Below the pieces are notes generated by a model. That model searched no databases. It had not been told where the DNA came from and saw only the letters and a program-made list of their open reading frames with translations. Positions 48,415 through 60,506 of a stretch of 64,000 nt of DNA are shown here, in pieces. The translations under genes were made by a program, and so were the position numbers. Location: positions 26,164,001-26,228,000 of the forward strand of contig NC_135667.1 in assembly GCF_964188315.1 (NCBI RefSeq), in the 5' to 3' direction. The stretch's first letter is position 1, and every line of letters starts with the position of its first letter. The DNA comes from Podarcis muralis (taxonomy: Eukaryota).

Positions 48415-49332
48415 ATGGAAAACCAGACCATTGTGGATGAGTTTATTCTTTTGGGGCTTTCTGATGATGCAACACTCCAAGTTTTCCTGTTTCTGATTTT
48501 CTTGTCCATCTACCTAATAACCCTTGTAGGAAATATGCTTATTATGCTGGTGATAAGAGCTAACCCTCAGTTACATACCCCGATGTATTTCTTTCTTACT
48601 AACTTATCCTTCCTTGACATCTGCTATTCCTCAGTAACAGTTCCCAAGATGCTTGAAAGCCTCCTAGCTAGTAAGAAGACAATTTCTCTCAACGGCTGCA
48701 TCACTCAGATCTTTTGCTTCATTTTCATGGTTGGAACGGAGATCTTCTTACTTTCAGCAATGGCATATGACCGCTTTGCTGCCATATGCAACCCACTGAG
48801 ATACAGCACCATTATCAGCCACCGTGTATGTGTCCAAATGGTGGTAGCTGCATGGATATCAGGCTTCTTGGATTCCCTTGTTAATACCCTCTTTTTAACT
48901 GGCTTGCACTTCTGTGGTCCCAGAAATATTAACCATTTCAGCTGTGAGTTGCCTTTGCTGCTGCAATTGTCTTGCAGTAGTACCTTTGCCAATGAAATGG
49001 TGATTCTGACCTTCAGCATGACATTAGGGTTTGCCTCCCTCCTTCTAATTGTAGCTTCCTATATGCGCATTATTAGCACCATTCTCAAGATACGTTCGGC
49101 GGAAGGAAGGCAGAAGGCATTTTCTACTTGCGCTTCCCATCTCACTGTGGTCCTCCTGTTTTGTGGGACAGCATTCATTAGGTACATGAGACCTGCATCT
49201 GGGTACTCAGAGACATTAGACAAGCTGGTGTCCATTCAGTACAGCATCCTCACCCCCATGTTAAACCCTATCATATACAGCCTAAAAAACAAAGAAGTGA
49301 AAATAGCTTTAAATAAGCTCCTAAGAAAATGA
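48415..49332 (+). CDS. Olfactory receptor, OR8S1/OR5BS-like (305 aa from MENQT)
   Basis: OR motifs present; KMLESLL, LDSLVN and SIQYSILTPMLNPIIYSLKNKEVK resemble OR8S1. Acceptor at 48387-48388; candidate donor AG|GTAAGG at 47964. Confidence 0.93.
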   Translation: MENQTIVDEFILLGLSDDATLQVFLFLIFLSIYLITLVGNMLIMLVIRANPQLHTPMYFFLTNLSFLDICYSSVTVPKMLESLLASKKTISLNGCITQIFCFIFMVGTEIFLLSAMAYDRFAAICNPLRYSTIISHRVCVQMVVAAWISGFLDSLVNTLFLTGLHFCGPRNINHFSCELPLLLQLSCSSTFANEMVILTFSMTLGFASLLLIVASYMRIISTILKIRSAEGRQKAFSTCASHLTVVLLFCGTAFIRYMRPASGYSETLDKLVSIQYSILTPMLNPIIYSLKNKEVKIALNKLLRK

Positions 49333-49471
49333 CTTTGATCAAGGCTTGACAATGATGTAGATTTTCATACTATTGTGATTTTCATACTATCCTGATTTTT
49401 AAAATAAAATTATGTGATAAAAACCTATGCACACTGTTATACATTTGAGGGGACTGGTAAGGGGGAGGTTT

Positions 49472-49630
49472 GTTGTTGTTGTTTAGTCATTTAGTCGTGT
49501 CCGACTCTTCGTGACCCCATGGACAAGAGCACGCCAAGCACTTCTGTCCTCCACTGCCTCCCGCAGTTTGATCAAACTCATGCTGGTAGCTTCAAGAACA
49601 CCATCCAACAATCAAGAACACCATCCAACC
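49472..49630 (-). mobile_element. BovB/RTE 3' end, 5'-truncated
   Basis: gttgttgtttagtcatttagtcgtgtccgactcttcgtgaccccatgg tail; 13-bp TSD aagggggaggttt (49459-49471 and 49631-49643). Confidence 0.88.
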
Positions 49631-50539
49631 AAGGGGGAGGTTTAGCGGAGCCAGAACAATTATTTTATTTATTTATTTATTTCATTTATATACTGCATAA
49701 TTGTGGAAAAAACCTCAAGGCGGTTTACATAAAATGAATGATTTGCTAGGGAAACTATTGATGAATGCCTCCCCCAAGCTAGGTGTTGAGTCATCCTGAT
49801 CTGCCTTGCCTGCTGCCTCCACCCACCCACCTACCCACTAGACCAACCTGCTCAGCACTGCGCCTTAGCTGCCAGGGCTCTATGCCCCCTCAAAAATGTG
49901 TGTTTGGGGGCATGGCTCACCTGCACCCCCCATGCTATGTCTCTGGGTAGAGCAGCAGCAGTAGCAGCAGCAGCTGGAAGTGGCTTGGAACTAGTCTAGT
50001 TTTATGTCGGCTCATCTTGCACCAGCATGCTTTACACCAGAAGGTCTTGTTTCTCCCATATCCACTGCCTTGGATTTAAGCAGACAACAAACATCATGCT
50101 GTGTTTCTCTGCCTTTCCAGCTTGCTGCTTTTGCCTCCAGCATCTAGCTCACATAACAGCTAACTCTTAACTCTGGCTTTTGTCCTTCTCACTATCTGCA
50201 AGTAGAGAAAGGGTGCCATCTCCCATAAAGCCCTTCCTTTGTTCTCCTTAGACCACACCCGGATTCTAGTCTGGATATTTCCCAGAATTTGAAGGCTTGA
50301 TTATCACTTGCTGGATTTAGGAATTAGAGAGGTCTGGCATCCTGCTTAACATTCCAAGCCTTGATTAAATTCTAATACTCATTGGATTCAGAGATTAGAG
50401 GGGTCTGGAACCCACAAACTCATACCAATACCATACCAATGCATACCAATACTTCCATGAGACCATCTGAAGAGAAAGAATGAAAGCATCACTGGTTAGA
50501 GTTTGACACTTCTCCTCAGGGTGTTTCTAAACAAGGGTT

Positions 50540-50790
50540 TGGGGGCTCATGTCACAGATCTCTTTGTGTCTAGCTTTGATGTTACTGGCTGCTGAGAGTT
50601 GGTGGGTTATCAGCTCTTTATATTGTGAGTGAGCATTATTTTCTTGGAAAATATTCAAAAGGGCCAGTTCTGGGGTGGCTTCTAATACCTGTTTATTTAT
50701 TTTGCATATTTCTTGTGGGACCACTGTCCCAAAGAGTTGTATTTGCACATACTTTTGTAACCAATGAAAACCTTTAATAAAAATTATCCA
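50540..50790 (-). mobile_element. L1/Tx1-clade ORF2 C-terminal fragment
   Basis: FHWLQKYVQ..FGTVV.QEICKI...PELALLNIF...KELITHQLSAA matches the end of L1-clade ORF2. Confidence 0.6.
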
Positions 50791-51035
50791 ACAAAAAGTG
50801 TCTGATTTGTTGAGTAGTAACAGAGAGTGCCTTGGGTTTGCACATCTTGTGTTGCGCCATTCATGGGGGTTATTGAGGAGCATTCCTGTAGGACAGGGAT
50901 GGAGAGCCTTTGACCCTTTAGAGGTTGCTGGACTACAAATCCCATCATTTCTGAACATTATCCATGTGGGCTGGGACTGATGGGATTTGAAGTCCAACCA
51001 TATCTAGGGATATATAGGTTCCTCTTGGTTGATTT

Positions 51036-51432
51036 TGTTAATGGTTCCAGAACGTACAGGGTTAACATTTCTGGCTGACGTTCTGGTATGACGTATCACG
51101 TCTTGAGGCGTGGTTACGTGACACAGACGCGAGAGGTTTCTCTGTGTTGTTGTTCTTTCCCGACTGCCGGAGAGGAAAGATGGGAGAAGTTTCTCCGGGA
51201 ATTAGAGACTGAATTTACGATGTTATGCTACCCTAATAAAGACGTTAAGAGATAAGAGAAGTCTACGTGTCAGCCTGATTTATGATCCCCACACTGCAGC
51301 AGTTATTTTCACCGTTGCGTATCGCTCTGCTACCGTCCAGAGAGGAGCAAGAGGACATTGCTGTGATCGGCAGGGTGCTGTATGCGCAGAGAAAGTGTGT
51401 CGGGCGCCACGTTGGCCCTTCTGGACGGCAAA
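51036..51432 (+). mobile_element. CpG-rich solo LTR
   Basis: tgtta start, aataaa at about 51235, candidate 5-bp TSD gattt (51031-51035 and 51433-51437), and many intact CpGs; the 3' CA is imperfect. Confidence 0.6.
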
Positions 51433-52867
51433 GATTTTATTTCTGAATTAAAGGTTTTATGAAATAGAAAGGATTTACAACCTTTTCAGCCAGGCAGAAA
51501 TGTTCATGTGTTTCTAACCTCTTCAGGGGAAAGTTCCTAAATTTTGGGGTTTTGAGACTTTGGAAGAAGATGAATAATGAACTAAAGTTATTCTGGTGTG
51601 TGGACATTTTGCCCCTAAAATTTAAAAGTGAAAGGAAACAGCTGGGCATATCTGATTTTCATGAAAGTGTTGCCATTCCTAGGTGCTACTGTTGGTGAGT
51701 GGTTTTGAGAATCTAAGAGCATCTGAACCTTGACCTCGTTGACCTATTGTTGAAATAGATTAAATGATATTTGATTTTCTGTTTAATCCCAACAAATGGA
51801 TTTTGCAGAATTCTGAATAAATAAAGTCATGGAAATAATAAATGCTTAGACCCAGTACTGGACACATGATAAAGTTACTGAAATCAATTGGTTTCAATAG
51901 GTCTTCTTTGTGTATTACATAGTTCAGGGGTGAAAAATCTTTTCCAGGCCAAGGACTGCATTGACCCATGGCAACTCATGGCACACATTAAAGTGGATGT
52001 GCCTCGAGTGTAAAAGTGGGTGTGGCTAAAGCTTAAAAGTGGGTGTGGCCATTTTAATTTTTAATTTTAAAAGGATACATTTGGTCACAAAAATCTCTTG
52101 ACATCACAGTGTCAGAGGAGGCAACTCATATGAGTGACAGGTAAAAGCATTGTGCTCCCCCCATTTTTTTTACCTGCATTCTACCACAGCTTACTAATTA
52201 AATCAATGACACTGTAAAAAGTCAGAGAGATGTACAACAACTCACCTATCATAAAAAACTTGGTGAAAATCAGTAGCTCACCTGACTGAGTTGAGTTGCT
52301 GCTGCATGGTGGGATGGAGAGGAAGAGGGGCAAGGTTGACTTGATTCAATGCATTAGGTGCTCCTGCTGGTGAATTTGTACCGCGATGGCTTTCCATCCT
52401 GGAATTTAGCCACAACTCATCCAAAGGGAGGTCAGATGATCAGTGCAGCCCCACTATGCCATCCACTTCTAGTGAGACTACCTATGATTATCACCTGAAC
52501 TCCTGCATAACAAATTATTAAACATTGATGGAAGGCTACTCCTTCTGGACAGTTTTGCAGCTATCAGGGACATTTGTTGTTGTCTCAGCACCTCACTGTT
52601 GTTGTCTCAGCACCACGCTTGAGTTGCATTGTGGGTTTAACTAATCACCTATGGGCTAAGTAGATTGGGGCAACTGTTCACTATGTTGCAGGGGTTATAT
52701 ATCACTGTGTTATTGGGAATTTTTTTCCCCACCCGGGGGCCACTTTCTCTTTTTGGAAACTTTCTGAGAACCACATGTTATGAAATTAACAACAAATGCC
52801 AATTTAAAAGTGTGGATAGTGGAGATTTTTGCCCAGGTTTGAAGCAGAGATGGTCGCTACATGCCTC

Positions 52868-53285
52868 CTGCATGTCTCGCACTTTGAAGAAGTCACACAA
52901 TATCCTGAGAGATCCCACCCATCCTGCTCACAACTTCTTTGAACTGTTGCCTTCGGGCAGAAGATATAGGACAATGAAAACACGAACCACACGCCTTCTG
53001 AATAGTTTCTATCCAAGAGCTCTGATTGCACTAAATAATGATCTCAGGGCCAGTTGCAAGAAATAGCAAGCAGGGAGTAGGAAGGAATGAGATAGGTTTT
53101 AGGTTATGTTATGCCTTTAATAGGTTATGTTATATTCTGGATTATGTTATGTTTTTATAGATTATGTCTGAATAGGATGAGAGTGTTGGAGATACGTGCA
53201 AATGTGTATGTGAACCCAGTCTTTGGGTGGGTGTTTGATTTTCGTTGTTGTGTATACTGTGTATATACGGACAATGACAATAAAT

Positions 53286-53330
<45 letters not shown>
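52868..53330 (+). mobile_element. Rex1/Babar-like LINE 3' end with (TCTA)n tail
   Basis: ILRDPTHPAHNFFELLPSGRRYRTMKTRTTRLLNSFYPRAL is a typical ORF end of this group; followed by a UTR, aataaa and (tcta)n at 53287-53330. Confidence 0.75.
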
Positions 53331-53332
<2 letters not shown>

Positions 53333-55126
53333 GTATCCTGTAGAATGATATGAATATTCCTGATCCTGGTATGTTAAAATTAAATAAAATGGCTTTAGTT
53401 AGTCCAGTGATAGGTGTCTCATCTTACTTTGCACATCTTTCTGAAACATGTTAATTTAAAGATTAGCACAGTAATGTAGTGAGGTCCTATTAATGTTTAG
53501 CCAGAACTAAATCTCACTGGTTTCAATAAGGCTTACTTCTTAGTCTGTTTGTAGGAGTTTGCATTCACAGAGTCCCTTGTTCTAGAGATGTCTTAAGGAG
53601 AACCTGGATATCATGCACTTTTGAAAAATGTAATCATTTTGCTGATAATTGGTTTGCTTTGGTTTGCTTCACTTATTAATTCACACAGAAATTCCTCAAG
53701 AATAATATCTACCACATTTTCAGATATGACAGGACACTGAAAATTTCCCTTGATTTTTTTATAAAGCATTTATATACCACATAATTATTCGCATTTCTAA
53801 GAGGTGTACATGAAATTGCAATACACGACACAGATCTAAATAAAAAGTAGTTTAGACAATGAAGTAGGAGTACTTAATGAAGCCTCCAGGGTTCCAGAGT
53901 CCCAACTTCCTACACCCGCAAACCTCCTGTGATTAAAGATGACCCAGATAAAAAACATTTGCTGCTCTTCTTTGCAATCAAAGATTTTACTACAAGGTAT
54001 GATTTGCTGTTTTCACCTTACATAATTGCCAACAAACTCCAGAGCAGGGATGGGTGGATATGTCAGCTTTGTTTTGCTGGAGAACTCCATTACAAAATTC
54101 ACAAAAGTGTGACTTTCGAAGAATGGCTGTGGTTTTGTTTACATATTGTTTTGAGAAGTGTGGATTAGGTAAGTTCACCATTAAATGGGTATTGAATTCA
54201 ATTTCTTCCCCATCCTTATTCAGGCGTACTAGGTTTTTTTCTTGTTTCTTGGTTTGTTTGTTTTTGGGAATTCTACAAAATGGGGATATTTGTCACAATT
54301 TATCAAAAGAAATGTTAATTAGCCTAATGAAGAAAGCACAGGGTCACATCATGCAAGGATAAAGAACTGACCCCCCCCCCATATGATGTTGGACTACAAC
54401 TCACATCATCCATCAGCATCTCTCTGGAATTTTGGGGTATTTCAAAATATGTGTAGCTTGCCATTTTTAGTGTCATGTGACTATATGGAACAGGTAATTT
54501 ATTCTGCAGACGCAAAACAGTTCTTGTCATTAGAAGAGTTAAATTTAGAACATTGGTTTAAGCATTTATGAAAGAAAGGAATCTTTAACATGCATTTCAA
54601 GGAGTTTAGAACTGAAATATTTTAATAATAACCTTATATAAGCTATACTTGTTTGTCCAATGACAGCCTCATAATGCCAAGTTTTCATTTATTTTTTTCT
54701 TCCTCTGCTCCTTTCCTTTATAGATGTTATTTTCTATTCTACAAAGAAAAATGACGGCTCCAAATGAAGACTGGATGTCCAGTGAGAAATGCAGCTGTTA
54801 TACTGCAAAAGCATATTGGATTTTTTCACTTTCCCATAATCTGCACCATGCCATGGTTTCCCAACATTATCACCATGTTTTGTGATGCATCTTAAGATGC
54901 ATACTTGGAGATCAACCTGAGGTGCTGTTGCCACAACCAGAAACATTCATTTTTGAAAAGCATTCCAAAACATATTGTATTGTGGTGTAGCAATTCTTAA
55001 AGGTTTGTGCAGTATATTGTTCTTATCACAATTCCTTTGAGTCTGGTTAGCATTACAGGAAGAACAAAACTGGGGGGAGGTGGAATAACCACCCCCTTCC
55101 CTTAACTTCTTAGTAAATAATAAAGA

Positions 55127-56071
55127 ATGGCATGGACAAACAGTAGTGATGTCACTGAGTTTATTTTGCTGGGGTTTTCTGATCTTCTTCAGCTGCAGCT
55201 TCTGCTTTTTCTGGTATTTGCGATTATGTATATTGTGACCTTATTGGGAAATATCACCATCATTTTGCTCACAACAATTGATCCAGCCCTTCAAAACCCC
55301 ATGTATTTCTTTCTCAGGAATTTGTCTTTCTTGGAGATCTGCTTCACTCTAGTTATAGTCCCTCAAATGTTAGTGAACCTCCTTTCAGAGAACAAAACCA
55401 TTTCCTTCCCTGGGTGTGTCATGCAAATGTATTTCTTTTTCTTTTTTGGAAGTTCTGAGTGTTTTCTCCTGGCTTCCATGGCTTATGACCGCTATATAGC
55501 CATATGCAGCCCTTTGCACTATACAGTAATTATGAAAAAGAGGTTTTGTATCCATCTGGCCCTGTTCTCCTGGTGCTCAGGAATTCCAGTGGGGACAGTT
55601 CAGACAACATGGCTATTTAGTTTTCCATTCTGTGGTCCCAATAAGGTCAATCATTTTTTTTGTGATGGTCCACCAGTGTTAAAACTAGTCTGTGCAGACA
55701 CTTATCTGTTTGAGCTGTATGCTCTCACAGGAACTATTGTAATTGTACTATCCCCATTTATCCTAATCTTGGTCTCCTATGTTCATATCATCACTACGAT
55801 CTTACGAATGCCATCAGCCAAAGGCAGACACAAAGCCTTTTCCACTTGCTCTTCACATCTTGTTGTGGTGACTTTGTTCTATGGCACAGCTGGGTTAACT
55901 TATTTCCGACCCAAATCCAGTTATTCTCCAAACACCCAAAAGCTGTTGTCCTTATCGTACACAGTTGTCACTCCCATGCTGAATCCCATCATCTACAGTT
56001 TGAGAAACAAGGAAGTGAAAGAAGCCATGAAGAGACTTTTGAGTAGAAAAACACTGCAATTGCATCTGTAA
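55127..56071 (+). CDS. Olfactory receptor, OR10A-like (314 aa)
   Basis: QMYFFFFFGSSECFLL, TVQTTWLFSFPFCGPNKVNHFFCDGPPV and KLLSLSYTVVTPMLNP; acceptor at 55112-55113. Confidence 0.96.
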   Translation: MAWTNSSDVTEFILLGFSDLLQLQLLLFLVFAIMYIVTLLGNITIILLTTIDPALQNPMYFFLRNLSFLEICFTLVIVPQMLVNLLSENKTISFPGCVMQMYFFFFFGSSECFLLASMAYDRYIAICSPLHYTVIMKKRFCIHLALFSWCSGIPVGTVQTTWLFSFPFCGPNKVNHFFCDGPPVLKLVCADTYLFELYALTGTIVIVLSPFILILVSYVHIITTILRMPSAKGRHKAFSTCSSHLVVVTLFYGTAGLTYFRPKSSYSPNTQKLLSLSYTVVTPMLNPIIYSLRNKEVKEAMKRLLSRKTLQLHL

Positions 56072-56096
56072 TCACATGAAAGACTGGAAGGGTTCC

Positions 56097-56286
56097 AGGG
56101 ATGTAGTTCAGTAGTGGTGCATCTGTTTTGCATGCAGAAGAACCCAGGCTGAGTCTTCAACAATGACAAAAAGGGCTAAGAGAAACTCAGTGTCTGAAAT
56201 CTTGGAGATCCACTCATAGACAATGTAGACAATATTGAACTGGATGAACTAGTGGTTTGACTGCATATGGCAACTTCCTATGTTCT
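56097..56286 (+). mobile_element. Old tRNA-derived SINE just 3' of the OR stop
   Basis: tagttcagtagtggtgcatctgttttgcatgcagaag head and ...caacttcctatgttc tail. Confidence 0.6.
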
Positions 56287-57998
56287 TTACTCACCTGCAT
56301 CTACCCTACAAAGGTAACAGATTGAAGTATCCCTTCAGTTATTTCTTGTTGTTGCATTTTAACATATCTCCCTGTTTTGAAAATATATTTTGAGAATGAG
56401 ATATAAAATTATAAGTGACCCCTTCTGTTGCTCTGTGATTGAGAATCTTGGTAGAAAAAATATGTTAGGACTGGATCCACTCAATTCCCTAGCTTGCCAT
56501 AAAGTCAGGCATAGCCAATGCCCTGCTGACATTGTTTAGTTACAGTTCTCATCAGCCCCAGCCAACATGGCCAAAGAGCATGGAGGATGAGAGCTGCAGT
56601 CCAACATCTGGAGACAAGCCCTGCATAAGTGTACAGCTATTGTGAATGCAGCTCTCCACTCACTGGAGGACTGTCAACAGGGAAGGAGGGATCAGGATGC
56701 ACAGGGAAGGCATTGGGGACAATGTGAAAAATGAATGGACCAAGCACTTCGTGGTGGTTGTTAAAAATATTTTGTGCCAGTGCTTGTTAGTGCTGCAAAT
56801 AAGAACATGTATGTGTTAGGTTGGTTGGATGATGTATTTCCTATATATGAACTTCAGTGCTTTATTTTTTAAGATTGTCTCAAGGTGTTGGATCCAAAGA
56901 TTCTTGGCCTCCTTTAAAACACACTTCTTCCAGTGGAATGATCTTCCTTGGAAGAAGCTCCTTCTGTTGGAGAAAAGCATCCTTTCAATACAACCCATTA
57001 TAGGTTGCTATCACAATGAAGTGATAGTTTCCTATAAAACTGATAATTTGTACAGCACACCATGCCATGCTAAGAACATAAAATCATAGAGCTGTGGAGT
57101 TGGAAGGGACCCCAAGGGTCATCTAGGCCAACTACCTGCAATGCAGGTACCTTTTGCTCAATGTGGGTCTCACATTGCTTCCACCATGTTGTCTGAGCCT
57201 GTATCTTAGATACTGTTGGGGGTGGTGGGAATACAGCCCTCTGTCCCATTAACTGTTGTAAGTACTGATGACAAAATGCACAGCTGATGAAGACAGAAAC
57301 CTATATCAGAATTAAAATTAATCTAGACTGTTAATCTACTCTTGTGGATAGGGGAAACAGCATATTACTTTAAGCATGTTCTATTCCACCCACAAAATGT
57401 CAGTAGGGAAAACATCCCTGTTAACATAATTGTATCTGTGTTTTCTGAAAAGTAAACATTGGTTTAGTCAGATATTGCACAATTAGCATTAACTACTCTA
57501 GGGAGAATGAAGGGGGGCAATCTAATCCCAGGTGTCACTTAAGGAAATTCATATAATCAAACTTGCTCACCAAAGCACAAATCTTTCACAATCTGGGTGG
57601 CTCCTAAGCGCCTAAGATTCTTCAGGTAGGCAAATAATTTATTCATTTTTACTTAGCAAACCTTTGCCATGTAGCTGCTTTAATCAACAGGAAATTTATG
57701 AGTTCAACCAGTCTATTCATATATATGTCTGGGTTTTTTATCACCTATTCCAATTTAGGAATAAGAACATAAGAAGAAGCTTGCTGGATCAGGCCAATCT
57801 AGTCTAGCATCCCATTTTGATAGTGGACATTGTGTGATTCTTCACTTTGATTTATATGATATAACACTAATTTAGAATCAGCAAAGCTTCCTTTCCATTT
57901 CATACGACATTCTGTCCACTTGCATTAGCCTGCATTCTACATCACTATATGTGATAAATGGAGAATTCACATAATTTTAGAGTAAACCTCCATAATTT

Positions 57999-58146
57999 TA
58001 GTCCACCTCCAGCCCCTGTCCAGTACAGCACTTTTGCACTTTCAGCATCCCAGATAAATAGCATATCATCCTCTGGTTAATTACTTCCAGCGAAGGAGAT
58101 TTCACCATCTCCAAATGTAGTGATGTGTACCCATCAGAACTTTTCC
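57999..58146 (-). mobile_element. CR1 LINE 3' fragment
   Basis: VKSPSLEVINQRM..YLSGML matches the CR1 ORF2 C-terminus. Confidence 0.7.
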
Positions 58147-58414
58147 TATGGCTCCCCTCACCCCCCGTAGATAATACCATCAGTAAGGTTGGCAAAACTT
58201 CATATAAAATATACCATCAATAAACTATCATGACCCTGGTGCTAGTCATTATCTTAAACATAATCTAAAAGGTTTGTGTAAAAATTCTTGACCTCTTAAT
58301 ATTAAAGATTAGCACACTAATTTGGTGTTATCAGCAAACTTTAATTATCACCTCCTGTAAGAAACAATCAGGTTACACACACAGAGAGAGAGAGAGCTAG
58401 AGCTAGAGATAGAG

Positions 58415-58452
<38 letters not shown>

Positions 58453-60506
58453 CAATCTTCCTCCAAAAGTAAAGTCATGATTCAGGAAACAAGCAAGATA
58501 AACGGTCTTTTCTTACTAAGTTTATGGAGAAGGTCTGGACAAGGTAAACAAAACAGGGGAACTTGTAAGAAATGAACAAATGATTAGTCAAAGACCCCTC
58601 TCATTTCCTCAGTGCTTTTTTCCAAGAAAATATGTGCCAGAACTCACCGTGAAGTTGTTATAGTAAGTTGCTGGGTGATGCAGGTCAGTCCTGAACAGAT
58701 ACCAGTGCCCCTAGTCTGGTGCAAGTCAAATAAATGTCCCCGTGCTCCTCATTCTCTTATATTCAGGTGGATGGCTAGGACAGCTCAGAACAGTAGAGGC
58801 CTGGCTGGGAAGCTTAAAGCCCACCACCACTAAATGGGAGACAGATTGAAGAAAAGGAAATACAAATTGGCACTGCCCCATAGCTTCACCAATCACAGCT
58901 AGGAGCAGCTAGGAGCTAGGTGGAGTCATAGATGTACAATAAATGTCAACTCACATACACTGGACAGCTTGAGGAGGAGCCTACAAAGAACTGTGTGACT
59001 AGCTCTGTACACTCAAGGGATCTTTGAATTTGTATGTCTTGACCGGGGCTCCCACTTTACTGCCCACCATGGCAGCCAGGTTGAAATTGGGAGAATTCCC
59101 AAAGCAGTTTGTGATATGGTATTAAAGTCTGCAGGGAAGAGATACTGTATTTCACCACATAATCGTTACATTTTTATGTTAATTTTTCTTTCCAAAAAGG
59201 GGTGTGTGGTGATTATGCACGGAAAAAAGTGGGTGTGGGGAGAGTGTTTGTGTGCTGCTGCAGTTGGGGACACCTGGGAGGAGACAGTTCTGCAATAAGA
59301 AACCCTACATTCCCTGCCCCGTGAGCCCCACATGGAGAAGCAGAAGGCCCTCTGCACTGGCCCTGCCTCAGGCATGCACCCCTCTGCTGCTTGCTCCCTG
59401 GCACAGGCAGTTACTGGGTACTGGGCAAATGTGCGGATCCCAGCTGTGTGCCTCTGGGCACGACCTCACCACCATCCCTTCCCCTGCCAAATTTCTCCTC
59501 CATTGCTGGGTCTTGGGCTGGGCCTCCTCAGCTGCCACCGCTGCCTTCGCTCCCTGTGTGGGGCTGCCTTGTTCTTCATGGGCTGAGGGCTGGCTCAGTC
59601 AACAGGCAAGGCCCACAGGCAGGCGTGGGCCCACAGCAGAATAGGAAGAGCCTGGGAAACAGCTGCACCAAGAGCCATTTAATTTTTAGAAGCAGAGAAA
59701 TGCTGTTGAAAGTAAACAACAGCTTCAGAGCAAAATGAAACACCTCATTCGCAAGGGATTTTCACTCTTTGGAAAGGTATTTTCACTCCTGCGACGATTA
59801 TGCGGTGAATCCTTTGGGACTGATTTTAGGACCCCCCCCCCCAAAAAAAAAGGAGTATAGCTATTTTGCAGTGGCAATGATTATTTGGTGAAATACAGGT
59901 AGATCATTCTTGAGAGAAATCTAAACAGATAGTTTGCAGAGGTCTTATTTGAAATTACACTTGCAAATTAGTAAGTGGAGCATTTCAGTCATAGAGCCAA
60001 AAGGTATGGATTATCTCCCAACCAATTCTGTAAATGTAATGGTTATGTTTCGAATAGATTTTTCCCAGCCACAGTTAAACATGTAAGATATTCCATCTAA
60101 CAGTTTCTCAATGAGGGAGTGAACAACTCTCCTACGCACACTATAGTATTTTATTTTATGTGAAGTTGCTACAGGAAATTGTTGTGTAATGCAGGGTGTT
60201 GGAGAGGGAGAAATGCATTGAGAACAAAATGAGCACATCAAAGAACAAGACACTGATTAACAAAGTGATGGACAATTAGACCGAGGAAGTCAACTTTTAA
60301 AGACTGATGACAATACATTTCCCCTTATCCTGCCTTAAACTGCCCATATTTGACCTGTCCATCCTTTATTGCTTTCTATATCATCTACTAACAGAAAGGA
60401 ACAAGTTCAATGGTTGAAGAGTGGTAGAGAGACACTACCATCTCTTGAGAAAATTGCTTATAGAAGAAGGAACACCCCGACAGCTTTATCTGACAGTGTT
60501 CAAGAC

